From positions 1 to 64,000 of the IMG/VR virus record IMGVR_UViG_3300028833_000073: a stretch of DNA of 64,000 nt. One strand, written 5' to 3'. A model generated the notes under the pieces. The model searched no databases. It was given only the letters and a program-made list of their open reading frames with translations, and was not told the DNA's origin. This DNA comes from a virus. Its lineage: Duplodnaviria > Caudoviricetes. Numbering within the stretch: the first letter of the stretch is position 1; each line of letters begins with the position of its first letter. Shown piece after piece: positions 8,487 through 16,751 of this stretch. A program made the translations under genes and the position numbers.

Positions 8487-10832
8487 ATGGCTACTAAGTA
8501 TAAGTGTCCATATTGTGACCATATGAGAATGACTAAAGATGAATTGATTGGTCATATAGATGAAGAGCATAGAGAAATGATTCCAGAAGGATGGTCTGCT
8601 GGAAGACTAGCCTTTAAGATTATATATAAGAAAGATCATGGTACTTGTGTAGTTTGTAAGAGACCTACTGAGTGGAATGATAAGAGATGTAAATATCAAA
8701 GACTATGTGGAGATCCAAACTGTAGAAAAGCATTAAGAGATGCTGCTCTTAAGAATCATATCAAGGTATATAAGTGTAAGACTCTATTAAACTCTCCTAT
8801 ACATCAAGAGAAGATGCTACGGAATAGAAAGATATCTGGAGAGTATAAGTTTAGAGATGGTGGTAAGATAGGATATGTAGGAAGTTATGAGAAGAACTTC
8901 TTAGAGTTTATGGATAAGAGTCTAGATGTAAAGAGTGATGAGATTATAGAACCTGGTCCAGTATTTGAATATGATATGGAAGGAAAGAAACACTTTTGGA
9001 TTACTGACTTTCTATATATTCCATATAATCTAGTGATTGAAGTTAAAGATGGTGGAGATAATCCTAACAAGAGAAATATGCCAATGTATAGAAAGAAAGA
9101 AGCTATGAAAGATAAACTAATTACAGAGAAAGGTACTTATAACTATCTGAAGTTGACCAATAATAACTTTGCTCAGCTATTAGAGATCTTTGCTGTAATG
9201 AGAATGCAAATGATGAATGATGAACCAGAGAATAGAAGAGTAGTAATAAGAGTGAATGAAGATACGGATTTATTGAATGAGGCTGTAGATTCTAAGTATA
9301 CTAGATCATATAAAAATCTAGATGAATTTTGTAAATATATAAAATCACCACAAGAAGTAAGTAATTGGTTTTTTGTAAATAAAGTAAGATGGCCATATGA
9401 TAATTGGGTTAATTTCCATAGAAGACATCTTCCTAAAATAATTAGAAATGAATGGGATGATAGTAGAGGATTATCAATAACATGGCCAGATGAGATTCTT
9501 AGAACCAAAACCGCTATCTGTTTTGATCATGCAGTCTTTATGCATTACTGTTGTGAACGATATGGATATAAAAATGAACTTCTTTCTATCCATATAATAT
9601 TCTCTCATCCTATATATGGTACTATAATGGTAGGACATTGTGTATGCGTCTATGAAATTCCTAAGGAAGGATGGTTCATATTTAATTATTTCGATGATTA
9701 TAATTCTAATCCTGGTCCATTTAATAGTCTACAAGAATCCATAAAAGCTTATCAGAATATATATGTGGATATGGTTCAAGGATTAGAGAAAGGATTTAGA
9801 AAATATAAGATAAAACCAATATTGAAACAGGTTAATACATACATATTCAATGATAAAGACTCTAAGTGGTTAGATGATTACTATAATAAGCAACCTATAT
9901 TCCAAGGAGATTTTGCTATACAATCAGAAGGATTCTTAAAATGGATGAAGACAGCAGATACTGCTAATCCTGGAAGACTATATTGGATTGAAGAGATGAT
10001 AGTAGATAGCAAGCTAGCTAATAAGATTAAGAACCCTATAAATAGATTGAAAAATTTTCTTAAAGAAAATGCTAGTTTATTGAATGAAGCTAGTAGTAAT
10101 AAGAGATTCTGCTTACCTTTAGATCCTAAAGGATTGAAGAATGGGCAATACTTTGTCTGTGCAAATACTCATGTACCGAATGTAGCACTACAGACTGTTC
10201 AGTTAAGTGCATTCTTTTCAGCTATAGTTAGTTTAATATGGGGAGTTGCTTTTATTCCTCAACTAATTTTTGCACTTAAATTTACTACTATGATTAATGC
10301 AGCTACTATAACAGATCAAATCTTTGCTAGAGATTTCATGATTTTAGATAAAGATAGCGTTGATAATTTCTCAGATAGATTATTGAATTATCCTATTAGA
10401 TCAGTAGATGATGGACAAGTAGTAGAGGTAAAGAAGTACCAAATGCCATATGGTAACTGTGTCATTATAAAGCATAGTGATTGTTACTCGTTGTATGCTC
10501 ACATCATAGAAGGTGGAATAAAAGTAAGAGAAGGTCAGAAAATAAAAAGAGGACAAGTGATAGGTCTATGCGGATCTACTGGAAATAGTAGTGCTCCTCA
10601 CTTACACTTTGAAATGACTCTTACTAAACCTGGTGGTGCAATTACTGCTGTTCCTAAACTACTAACTGATTTTGAGAGATTCAATTGTAAAGAATTTTCT
10701 GTAGGAGATATTTATATAGATGGATATAAAGATCCAGATAATTTCATTAAAAAATTATATGATAATGCATCTAAAGGAAACTATAAGACATCTAATGGAG
10801 ATATTCCATCATTCTGTTTTATTAAGAAATAA
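8487..10832 (+). CDS. Multidomain polyprotein: Zn-finger + PD-(D/E)xK nuclease (T4 gp4/TnsA-like), transglutaminase-like domain, M23 peptidase
   Basis: CPYC..H..H; YVGSYEKNFLEFMD and ITDF..VIEVK; ICFDHA..GHCVCVYE; YGNCVIIKH..LYAH..GSTGNSSAPHLHFE. Domains are separated by LLNE-A linkers. Confidence 0.8.
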   Translation: MATKYKCPYCDHMRMTKDELIGHIDEEHREMIPEGWSAGRLAFKIIYKKDHGTCVVCKRPTEWNDKRCKYQRLCGDPNCRKALRDAALKNHIKVYKCKTLLNSPIHQEKMLRNRKISGEYKFRDGGKIGYVGSYEKNFLEFMDKSLDVKSDEIIEPGPVFEYDMEGKKHFWITDFLYIPYNLVIEVKDGGDNPNKRNMPMYRKKEAMKDKLITEKGTYNYLKLTNNNFAQLLEIFAVMRMQMMNDEPENRRVVIRVNEDTDLLNEAVDSKYTRSYKNLDEFCKYIKSPQEVSNWFFVNKVRWPYDNWVNFHRRHLPKIIRNEWDDSRGLSITWPDEILRTKTAICFDHAVFMHYCCERYGYKNELLSIHIIFSHPIYGTIMVGHCVCVYEIPKEGWFIFNYFDDYNSNPGPFNSLQESIKAYQNIYVDMVQGLEKGFRKYKIKPILKQVNTYIFNDKDSKWLDDYYNKQPIFQGDFAIQSEGFLKWMKTADTANPGRLYWIEEMIVDSKLANKIKNPINRLKNFLKENASLLNEASSNKRFCLPLDPKGLKNGQYFVCANTHVPNVALQTVQLSAFFSAIVSLIWGVAFIPQLIFALKFTTMINAATITDQIFARDFMILDKDSVDNFSDRLLNYPIRSVDDGQVVEVKKYQMPYGNCVIIKHSDCYSLYAHIIEGGIKVREGQKIKRGQVIGLCGSTGNSSAPHLHFEMTLTKPGGAITAVPKLLTDFERFNCKEFSVGDIYIDGYKDPDNFIKKLYDNASKGNYKTSNGDIPSFCFIKK

Positions 10833-10835
10833 AGG

Positions 10836-10862
10836 AGAGGTACCATTATGGTACCTCTTTTT
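10836..10862 (+). terminator. Intrinsic terminator, GTAC family
   Basis: AGAGGTACCA-TTA-TGGTACCTCT plus T-run. Confidence 0.8.
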
Positions 10863-10880
10863 CTATATTACTGGAAAAGT

Positions 10881-10920
10881 GTGATCTAAAATAAATATAG
10901 ACATATATTATAGTTGTGCC
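10881..10920 (+). promoter_or_regulatory. Early promoter; 40-bp direct repeat copy 1
   Basis: GTGATCTAAAATAAATATAGACATATATTATAGTTGTGCC; one mismatch to 11398-11437. Confidence 0.8.
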
Positions 10921-10960
10921 ATATAGTAATAATGTTATCATATAGAGGAGGTGAAAACAT

Positions 10961-11002
10961 ATGGCTCGCTTTGATCGCCGCTCGTGCTATCGCCGTCGCT
11001 AA
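10961..11002 (+). CDS. 13-aa Arg-rich leader peptide MARFDRRSCYRRR
   Basis: Strong SD GAGGAGGTG; 6 Arg codons, all CGY; hairpin over the stop codon. Confidence 0.5.
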   Translation: MARFDRRSCYRRR

Positions 11003-11095
11003 TACCAGTGATGGTGAGTCCCAGCTAGAGTATGGGGTTAGGTGAATAACCAGCTAGCGATAATTTCTATGTTACTGTTACAAGGAGGAATTAAA

Positions 11096-11323
11096 ATGAC
11101 AAAGTTTATTCACTGGGTGAGACTCCCAGAGTTTCCGTTTACCCATATAGATGAAGATTTTGAAGTCGATATAGTATTGGATGAAGCATGGGAGGAGGTG
11201 AAAAAGATACTACATCAGCATGGCTTTGCTATGCAAGAACATTTTGATGGTGCTTTTGTTGCGTTTCCCTTCGGGGAGAGCGCAGAAGAGACAACCGAGG
11301 CCTGGGAAGGATGGGAGGTGTAA
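11096..11323 (+). CDS. Small acidic early protein
   Basis: SD AAGGAGG before ATG 11096; GC-richer than the flanks; terminator GGCCCCTC-TTTG-GAGGGGCT at 11331-11350. Confidence 0.75.
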   Translation: MTKFIHWVRLPEFPFTHIDEDFEVDIVLDEAWEEVKKILHQHGFAMQEHFDGAFVAFPFGESAEETTEAWEGWEV

Positions 11324-11397
11324 AAACAATGGCCCCTCTTTGGAGGGGCTTTTAAATTTTGTCAAATTCATTAATTTCTATGATACTGAAGAGATAT

Positions 11398-11437
11398 GTG
11401 ATCTAAAATAAATATAGGCATATATTATAGTTGTGCC
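11398..11437 (+). promoter_or_regulatory. Early promoter; 40-bp direct repeat copy 2
   Basis: GTGATCTAAAATAAATATAGGCATATATTATAGTTGTGCC. Confidence 0.8.
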
Positions 11438-11473
11438 GATAGTAAATAATGTCATCGAAAGGAGAAGATAATT

Positions 11474-11920
11474 ATGATGACTTATGAAGATATTAAGCGC
11501 GAGATGGAGAATGCAACCAGAAGTGATTGGTATCCTGATATCGAACCATACGGGGATATCAAAATTCGCTGGCGCGATGAAGTAAGTGATTATATCGTTG
11601 TCCATAATGGCAACGAAAAAATCATTGAAACATTAGACCTTGTCAATGCTTGTCATGTTGCGGCAAAACTTGCAGAAGAGCAATCTAGCCGTGATTTCAA
11701 TGATCTGTATCATCGCACGGAATTCGACTATTCCCAGTGGACATGGGATGGTTGCTTGAGAGTGGTAGTAGTCGGCCGTATTTACGGTGTATTCGACTAT
11801 CATGACAATGATGGGTTCCCTCCGGATCTTACTGTTCGGAGGTATAATACCATCGAAGAAGCGATCAACGCTTTCAATGAGCGTGTTGACTATTGGAAGG
11901 ATTGCGATATTATAGATTAA
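11474..11920 (+). CDS. Acidic early protein, GC-richer than the genome
   Basis: SD AAAGGAG; frequent CGC/GCG codons; followed by a hairpin at ~11930-11955. Confidence 0.8.
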   Translation: MMTYEDIKREMENATRSDWYPDIEPYGDIKIRWRDEVSDYIVVHNGNEKIIETLDLVNACHVAAKLAEEQSSRDFNDLYHRTEFDYSQWTWDGCLRVVVVGRIYGVFDYHDNDGFPPDLTVRRYNTIEEAINAFNERVDYWKDCDIID

Positions 11921-11987
11921 AAGAAATAAAGGGCTCTGCTTCGGCATCCCTTTTAATTTCCTCAAATCTTTTATTTTTTATCTTAAG

Positions 11988-12021
11988 CAAAACTAAAAAT
12001 AAGCATATATTATAAATGTGG
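11988..12021 (+). promoter_or_regulatory. Early promoter
   Basis: CAAAACTAAAAATAAGCATATATTATAAATGTGG. Confidence 0.75.
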
Positions 12022-12055
12022 TTATAAGAAGATATATGTTTTAAGGAGGTGATAT

Positions 12056-12235
12056 ATGATGGCATTTGAAAAGGCCATGAAGAAAATCAAATTTGTTAAA
12101 AGAGAGGAGAATTATAGCTTCGATGATTACTTAGTAGATATACATACAGGTAAAATAAAAGTAGATGAAAATAATATTGAGTATCATAGAAAGGAAGAAT
12201 CTAATAATGGAAGATTTAGCAATATTCATAATTAA
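12056..12235 (+). CDS. Small hypothetical protein (59 aa)
   Basis: SD AAGGAGGTG; hand translation MMAFEKAMKK...NIHN. Confidence 0.65.
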   Translation: MMAFEKAMKKIKFVKREENYSFDDYLVDIHTGKIKVDENNIEYHRKEESNNGRFSNIHN

Positions 12236-12617
12236 CGTGATATTTTTCTCTGTTATGTTTGGATTCCATTCATTAGCAGACTATCCACTTCAAGGAGAGT
12301 TCTTAGCTAGATATAAATCAGAGAACTTCTTTGTTCTCTTATGCCATTGCTCAATATATGCGTTGGTAGTAACAATGGGGTTCTACATATTACAGAATAT
12401 TACAAAGTGGAATACAGATAGTAGCTATGTGTTTATCTACTTTATACTGTTCATAACTCATGTTGTGATAGATGCTCTTAAGTGTTTCTATAGAGATGAT
12501 TTGAAGAAAGAATATCCGGATTTAGATGATCCTAATAGTGAAGGTCATAAGAAGGATGTGAAAGGATTCTATTATGATCAGGCTGCTCATCTTATTATAA
12601 TTTGGCTTCTTATCTGA
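12207..12617 (+). CDS. DUF3307-family membrane protein
   Basis: HSLADYPLQ, HCSIY, THVVID and DQAAH His motifs with TM helices. Confidence 0.8.
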   Translation: MEDLAIFIINVIFFSVMFGFHSLADYPLQGEFLARYKSENFFVLLCHCSIYALVVTMGFYILQNITKWNTDSSYVFIYFILFITHVVIDALKCFYRDDLKKEYPDLDDPNSEGHKKDVKGFYYDQAAHLIIIWLLI

Positions 12618-12724
12618 ATATATAAAAGAGGATACCTTCATGGTACCTCTTTTTTACTTCTTATATGGCTTATTACCATAAAATAATCAGTAAGTATAAG
12701 TGTTAAAAGAAAGGATGATTAATA

Positions 12725-13150
12725 ATGAAACCCCCTTATGCAATTGTAGAAGGAATAACTATATTTACAGGAGGTAATTTTATTATATTTAATAATAATA
12801 GGCTTAAATCTTATGAGTTAAATATAGATGAAGAAGCTTATAAAGAAGATGATAAAGATTCAATATTTAACTGTGACTCAGTAGATTGTTTCAAAATAGA
12901 AACTCAGAATGTTACATCAGAAGATGTTCAAGCTTTATCAAATACTGTATCGAATCATAAGAATATAGATGGAATGTGGTTATCATATAGCAATGGTATG
13001 ATAAGACAACTGGCAGTACCTTATTGCGATGAAAGGGATTGTAATAATATTGGAAGATTAACATTTAATACAAATACAAAGAAAGATACGTTGAATATAA
13101 AACAAACTAATTGTAAAGATTGTTCATTTAGATGGTATTCTATAATGTAA
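12725..13150 (+). CDS. Hypothetical protein
   Basis: 141-aa ORF with SD, flanked by terminators. Confidence 0.7.
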   Translation: MKPPYAIVEGITIFTGGNFIIFNNNRLKSYELNIDEEAYKEDDKDSIFNCDSVDCFKIETQNVTSEDVQALSNTVSNHKNIDGMWLSYSNGMIRQLAVPYCDERDCNNIGRLTFNTNTKKDTLNIKQTNCKDCSFRWYSIM

Positions 13151-13248
13151 ATTAATTATGGGAGGTACCTTCATGGTACCTCTTTTTATTTCTTATAGAG
13201 ACCTAAGAATAAGATTCTATTCTGATATAAATAAAGGTGATGAATTAA

Positions 13249-13842
13249 ATGAAACATCCAGAAGTAAGAACAGGAAAATCAAATATTAGTGAAATGGGAT
13301 TCTTTCATGTATCATATTCAATAGAACCTACTGAAAATAATATGGTTATATTGAAACCGAAAGTTCCTATGAAGATGTATGCAGACGAAGGTAATATTCC
13401 TAGAATATGTGTGAGTACAAATATAATAGGATGCTTAAAAGGTATAACTGGAAAGCTTACTAAGATACGTTTAGTAATGACATTTGCTAAAGATGTTTTA
13501 GAGCATGAAGAAAGTGATTGTTATCCGTCATATGATTTATGGTTAATAAACCCAAAGATATATGTATGCAATAATAAGATGGCTTATCTTCCTCCTAAGT
13601 TTAAGGATTTTAGAAAGAATAATGAATACTGGTATATTGATGAAACAGTATTTCATTATATAGGGAATATAAACCTTGATGATCTTATAAACAAAAATGT
13701 TTTATCCAGAACTTTAGAAAACGATTGTAGATTTAATTATAAGAGTTCTAAACACTCTTATGATAAATTAACATGGAAAGATTTTAAAGGTAATTTTGAA
13801 CTAGGTTCTGAGAAATGGATCAATAAAGGTTTTATAATATGA
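13249..13842 (+). CDS. Putative ADP-ribosyltransferase-fold protein
   Basis: FFHVS ... LKPKVP ... PRICVSTNIIGCL ... NEYW fits the H / S / E strand pattern of ART-fold phage proteins. Confidence 0.45.
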   Translation: MKHPEVRTGKSNISEMGFFHVSYSIEPTENNMVILKPKVPMKMYADEGNIPRICVSTNIIGCLKGITGKLTKIRLVMTFAKDVLEHEESDCYPSYDLWLINPKIYVCNNKMAYLPPKFKDFRKNNEYWYIDETVFHYIGNINLDDLINKNVLSRTLENDCRFNYKSSKHSYDKLTWKDFKGNFELGSEKWINKGFII

Positions 13843-13921
13843 TTGGAATTAAAAGAGTACCTAGAAAGGTACTCTTTTTATTTCATCCAAAACTGAAGAT
13901 TAAAGATTGGAGTGATACAGA

Positions 13922-16738
13922 ATGAACTCATTTGGAATCTATTTAGAAGGAATGAATAGTCCTGATATAAAATCTCTTAATAAAGAGATGAAGTCATGGG
14001 ACTATGGATATATACACCAAGGAAAGAAGATAACTGGCAAGGATATTCCTAATGATTTTAAAGGATATAAACTTATGGGTCCGACTAAAGTAGAGAAATA
14101 TAAGATAGGTACTTGTTGGGATTATACTTCTTATGAAGATTATTGGTTTAATAAGAATAACATTCCACATCAATGTTGGTATCTTCAAGCTAATCGAGGA
14201 GATAATCATTCTTGGTTATCTTATGAAGAGAATGATAAGATTATAACTTTTGAAGCAAGCTGGAAGAGTTATGCTGGATTACATGAATATGACAATGAAA
14301 AAGAAATGATAAAAGACTATGTTGATAGAAGTATGAAGAGCTGGAAGTCAGAATCAAATGAAGATAAGGTTGGTGGATATTTTGTAGTAAAATTTAATCA
14401 GTTTAGTATAGATGGAATGGATCCATATGATTATATGTATAGGTGTGCTACATCTGGTACTTTTGTAAAAGGAGATAGAAAAGTATATAGTCAGTGGAAG
14501 GATAATAGAGAACCGTTGAAAGAGGATGCTAATATGAACTCATTCGGAATAGATCTAGGAATCAATGAATCTGGATTATTTCATACTGAAATGTATCATG
14601 GGAGTGATATAAAATTATCAGTATTGAAGCCTACTGCATATAATGTGGGCCATAGATTAAAGAAACATACTTGGTCAGTATTCATGTGGCCTACATATGA
14701 ATTAGCATATGATTGGGCTGTATTCAAAGCTGTAAATAATATAATTCGTCCATATCATAGAAAAGGAGAATTACATAGAGCTAGAGGTAATCATAAATCT
14801 ATAGGATTTAATAAGTATAAGTTTATACCTTATCTTTTATACAGTGAAGTAGATAAAGTTAAGGATCTATGCAGAGGTAAGAAGACTTATGTGTATACTG
14901 TTAATTGTCCTATAAATACTAAATTTGGTATTGGTAATAACAATATGCAACCGGAGTATACATATGATGGTGAGCTTAAGATTAAGAAAACAACTACTAT
15001 AACGATAACAGATGAAGTTATAGATCAAGTATTTGATTATGTAGATATGAAAGAATATGATGAAAGAGCAAAATGGATCAATCATCAAAATATAAGAGGT
15101 CCTATAGGATTAATATTCTATCCTAATGAAGAGCTTATGAGTAAATGGGCTTATTCATGTCTTAAGATAGAAACTGGAGAATCTAATTATGGTGATGATC
15201 CTGATGAGATGATGAAAGATTATAGTGAAGAAGATCTTAAGAGACTTAAGCAGAAAGTAAGAGGTATAAAAGAGGAGAATACTATGTTAGAAGCATCTAC
15301 AGATACTAGATTACTTATATCTCAGGACGATATCTATATCAACTTCAATGATTGGAAGACTAAGAAGTCTAATGTTTTATTTGTCATTGGATTATCTGGT
15401 AGTGGTAAGTCCACTCTTTCTAATAAGATGGCAGAAAAGTATCATGCTTATAGAACAGAGACTGATACTATTGCTTTCAAGATAGCTGGTAAGATAAGAG
15501 CTGTTGATAGAGGACATGGAACATGGGAATGGATAGAGAATGCAGATCCTATGGTTGCTAAGTATCTTAGAGCAAAACATTTAGATCCTATGTTTTTATC
15601 TCATCCTAGATTTGATGTATCTAAGACTAAACCTACTAGAGATAAAGAATCAGAAGAGATAATTCAGCAAGAGGTAGATAAGTATATCTATTGGCTCTGC
15701 TATGAACAGAAGGAAAGAGTAGTGATTGAAGGAGGACATGGTGCTGTATGTATTACTAGACATGAAGAGATGTATAGAAAGATGCCTATTATAATTAAGG
15801 GAACATCTATTGCAAAATCTATGTTAAGAAGGACTATGAGAGATATGGATGAACCTAGAGACTTGATACTTAGACCATTCATTCTTCTTAAGCAGTATTC
15901 TAAGATGGTTCCTGAGATGAATATGGTAAGAGCTATTGTTTTAAAGGATAATGACATTGAGTATATTAAAGAGGACACTGTACTACAAGAAGCTAAGAAG
16001 ATGATTGTTAAAGGAAAGATACCAGTATGTAAAGATTTCAAAGAGTTCTGTAGTAAGATATCTGATGCTTCTATGTCAATGAAGTGGTTTATAAAGAACA
16101 ATATACAATGGCCTAAAGGAGATGCTAATAAGTATCCTTTCCATTGGCCAGATGATCTCATTAGAGATAAGATTGGTAATTGCTTTGACCAATCAATCTT
16201 TATGCACTATTTCTTGAAGAAGAAGAGAGTACCACATAAGTTATTCTTAATTTCTTGGGTTGGAGATAGTGGTAGTGCTACTGGACATATCTTACCTGTA
16301 TATGAGAAGAAGGGATATGTATGGATTTGGCTTTATCTGTATCCTGGATATGGACTCATTGGAGGACCATTCAGAGATTATGATGATGCTAAGAAGACAT
16401 TAGATCAATTCTTCTTAGTCTCTGTTAATAAGGCTCTAGGATCTCCTAGTACTCCTTATAGTAGTTACTTAGATGAAGAAGATACAAGCAAGTTTGATAA
16501 CTACTATGGGAATACAGATATTACTCAGGAAGATTATATCATGATGAATCATGGATACAATCTTAAATCTTCTCATATGTTTAGAATCAATATTGCTGGT
16601 CATAGTATCTATAATCCTACCTTTGATCTCTTAAGAACTATAGATGTTTTAAAAGAGCTTTATAGGTTATTCAAGACACAAGATAAGGTTGAGGAGTGCT
16701 ACTTGTTAGAAGATGATGAATTAGAAACTGTTGAGTAA
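13922..16738 (+). CDS. Four-module polyprotein: transglutaminase-like, ART-like, P-loop kinase, transglutaminase-like
   Basis: GTCWDY..NHSW..FEA; MYHGS..YVYTV..PEY; GLSGSGKST..VVIEG; GNCFDQS..GHILPVYE. Glu-linkers lie between the modules. Confidence 0.8.
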   Translation: MNSFGIYLEGMNSPDIKSLNKEMKSWDYGYIHQGKKITGKDIPNDFKGYKLMGPTKVEKYKIGTCWDYTSYEDYWFNKNNIPHQCWYLQANRGDNHSWLSYEENDKIITFEASWKSYAGLHEYDNEKEMIKDYVDRSMKSWKSESNEDKVGGYFVVKFNQFSIDGMDPYDYMYRCATSGTFVKGDRKVYSQWKDNREPLKEDANMNSFGIDLGINESGLFHTEMYHGSDIKLSVLKPTAYNVGHRLKKHTWSVFMWPTYELAYDWAVFKAVNNIIRPYHRKGELHRARGNHKSIGFNKYKFIPYLLYSEVDKVKDLCRGKKTYVYTVNCPINTKFGIGNNNMQPEYTYDGELKIKKTTTITITDEVIDQVFDYVDMKEYDERAKWINHQNIRGPIGLIFYPNEELMSKWAYSCLKIETGESNYGDDPDEMMKDYSEEDLKRLKQKVRGIKEENTMLEASTDTRLLISQDDIYINFNDWKTKKSNVLFVIGLSGSGKSTLSNKMAEKYHAYRTETDTIAFKIAGKIRAVDRGHGTWEWIENADPMVAKYLRAKHLDPMFLSHPRFDVSKTKPTRDKESEEIIQQEVDKYIYWLCYEQKERVVIEGGHGAVCITRHEEMYRKMPIIIKGTSIAKSMLRRTMRDMDEPRDLILRPFILLKQYSKMVPEMNMVRAIVLKDNDIEYIKEDTVLQEAKKMIVKGKIPVCKDFKEFCSKISDASMSMKWFIKNNIQWPKGDANKYPFHWPDDLIRDKIGNCFDQSIFMHYFLKKKRVPHKLFLISWVGDSGSATGHILPVYEKKGYVWIWLYLYPGYGLIGGPFRDYDDAKKTLDQFFLVSVNKALGSPSTPYSSYLDEEDTSKFDNYYGNTDITQEDYIMMNHGYNLKSSHMFRINIAGHSIYNPTFDLLRTIDVLKELYRLFKTQDKVEECYLLEDDELETVE

Positions 16739-16751
16739 AGGAGGAATAACA

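Noticed and set aside
8487-9284. Tn7 TnsA transposase or mobile homing endonuclease
   Set aside because: No TnsB/C, no element ends and no interrupted host gene; the context fits a phage gp4-like nuclease.
10881-11437. CRISPR array or att sites from the 40-bp direct repeat
   Set aside because: Only two copies ~517 bp apart with genes between them; the repeat is the promoter motif; no cas or integrase gene in the window.
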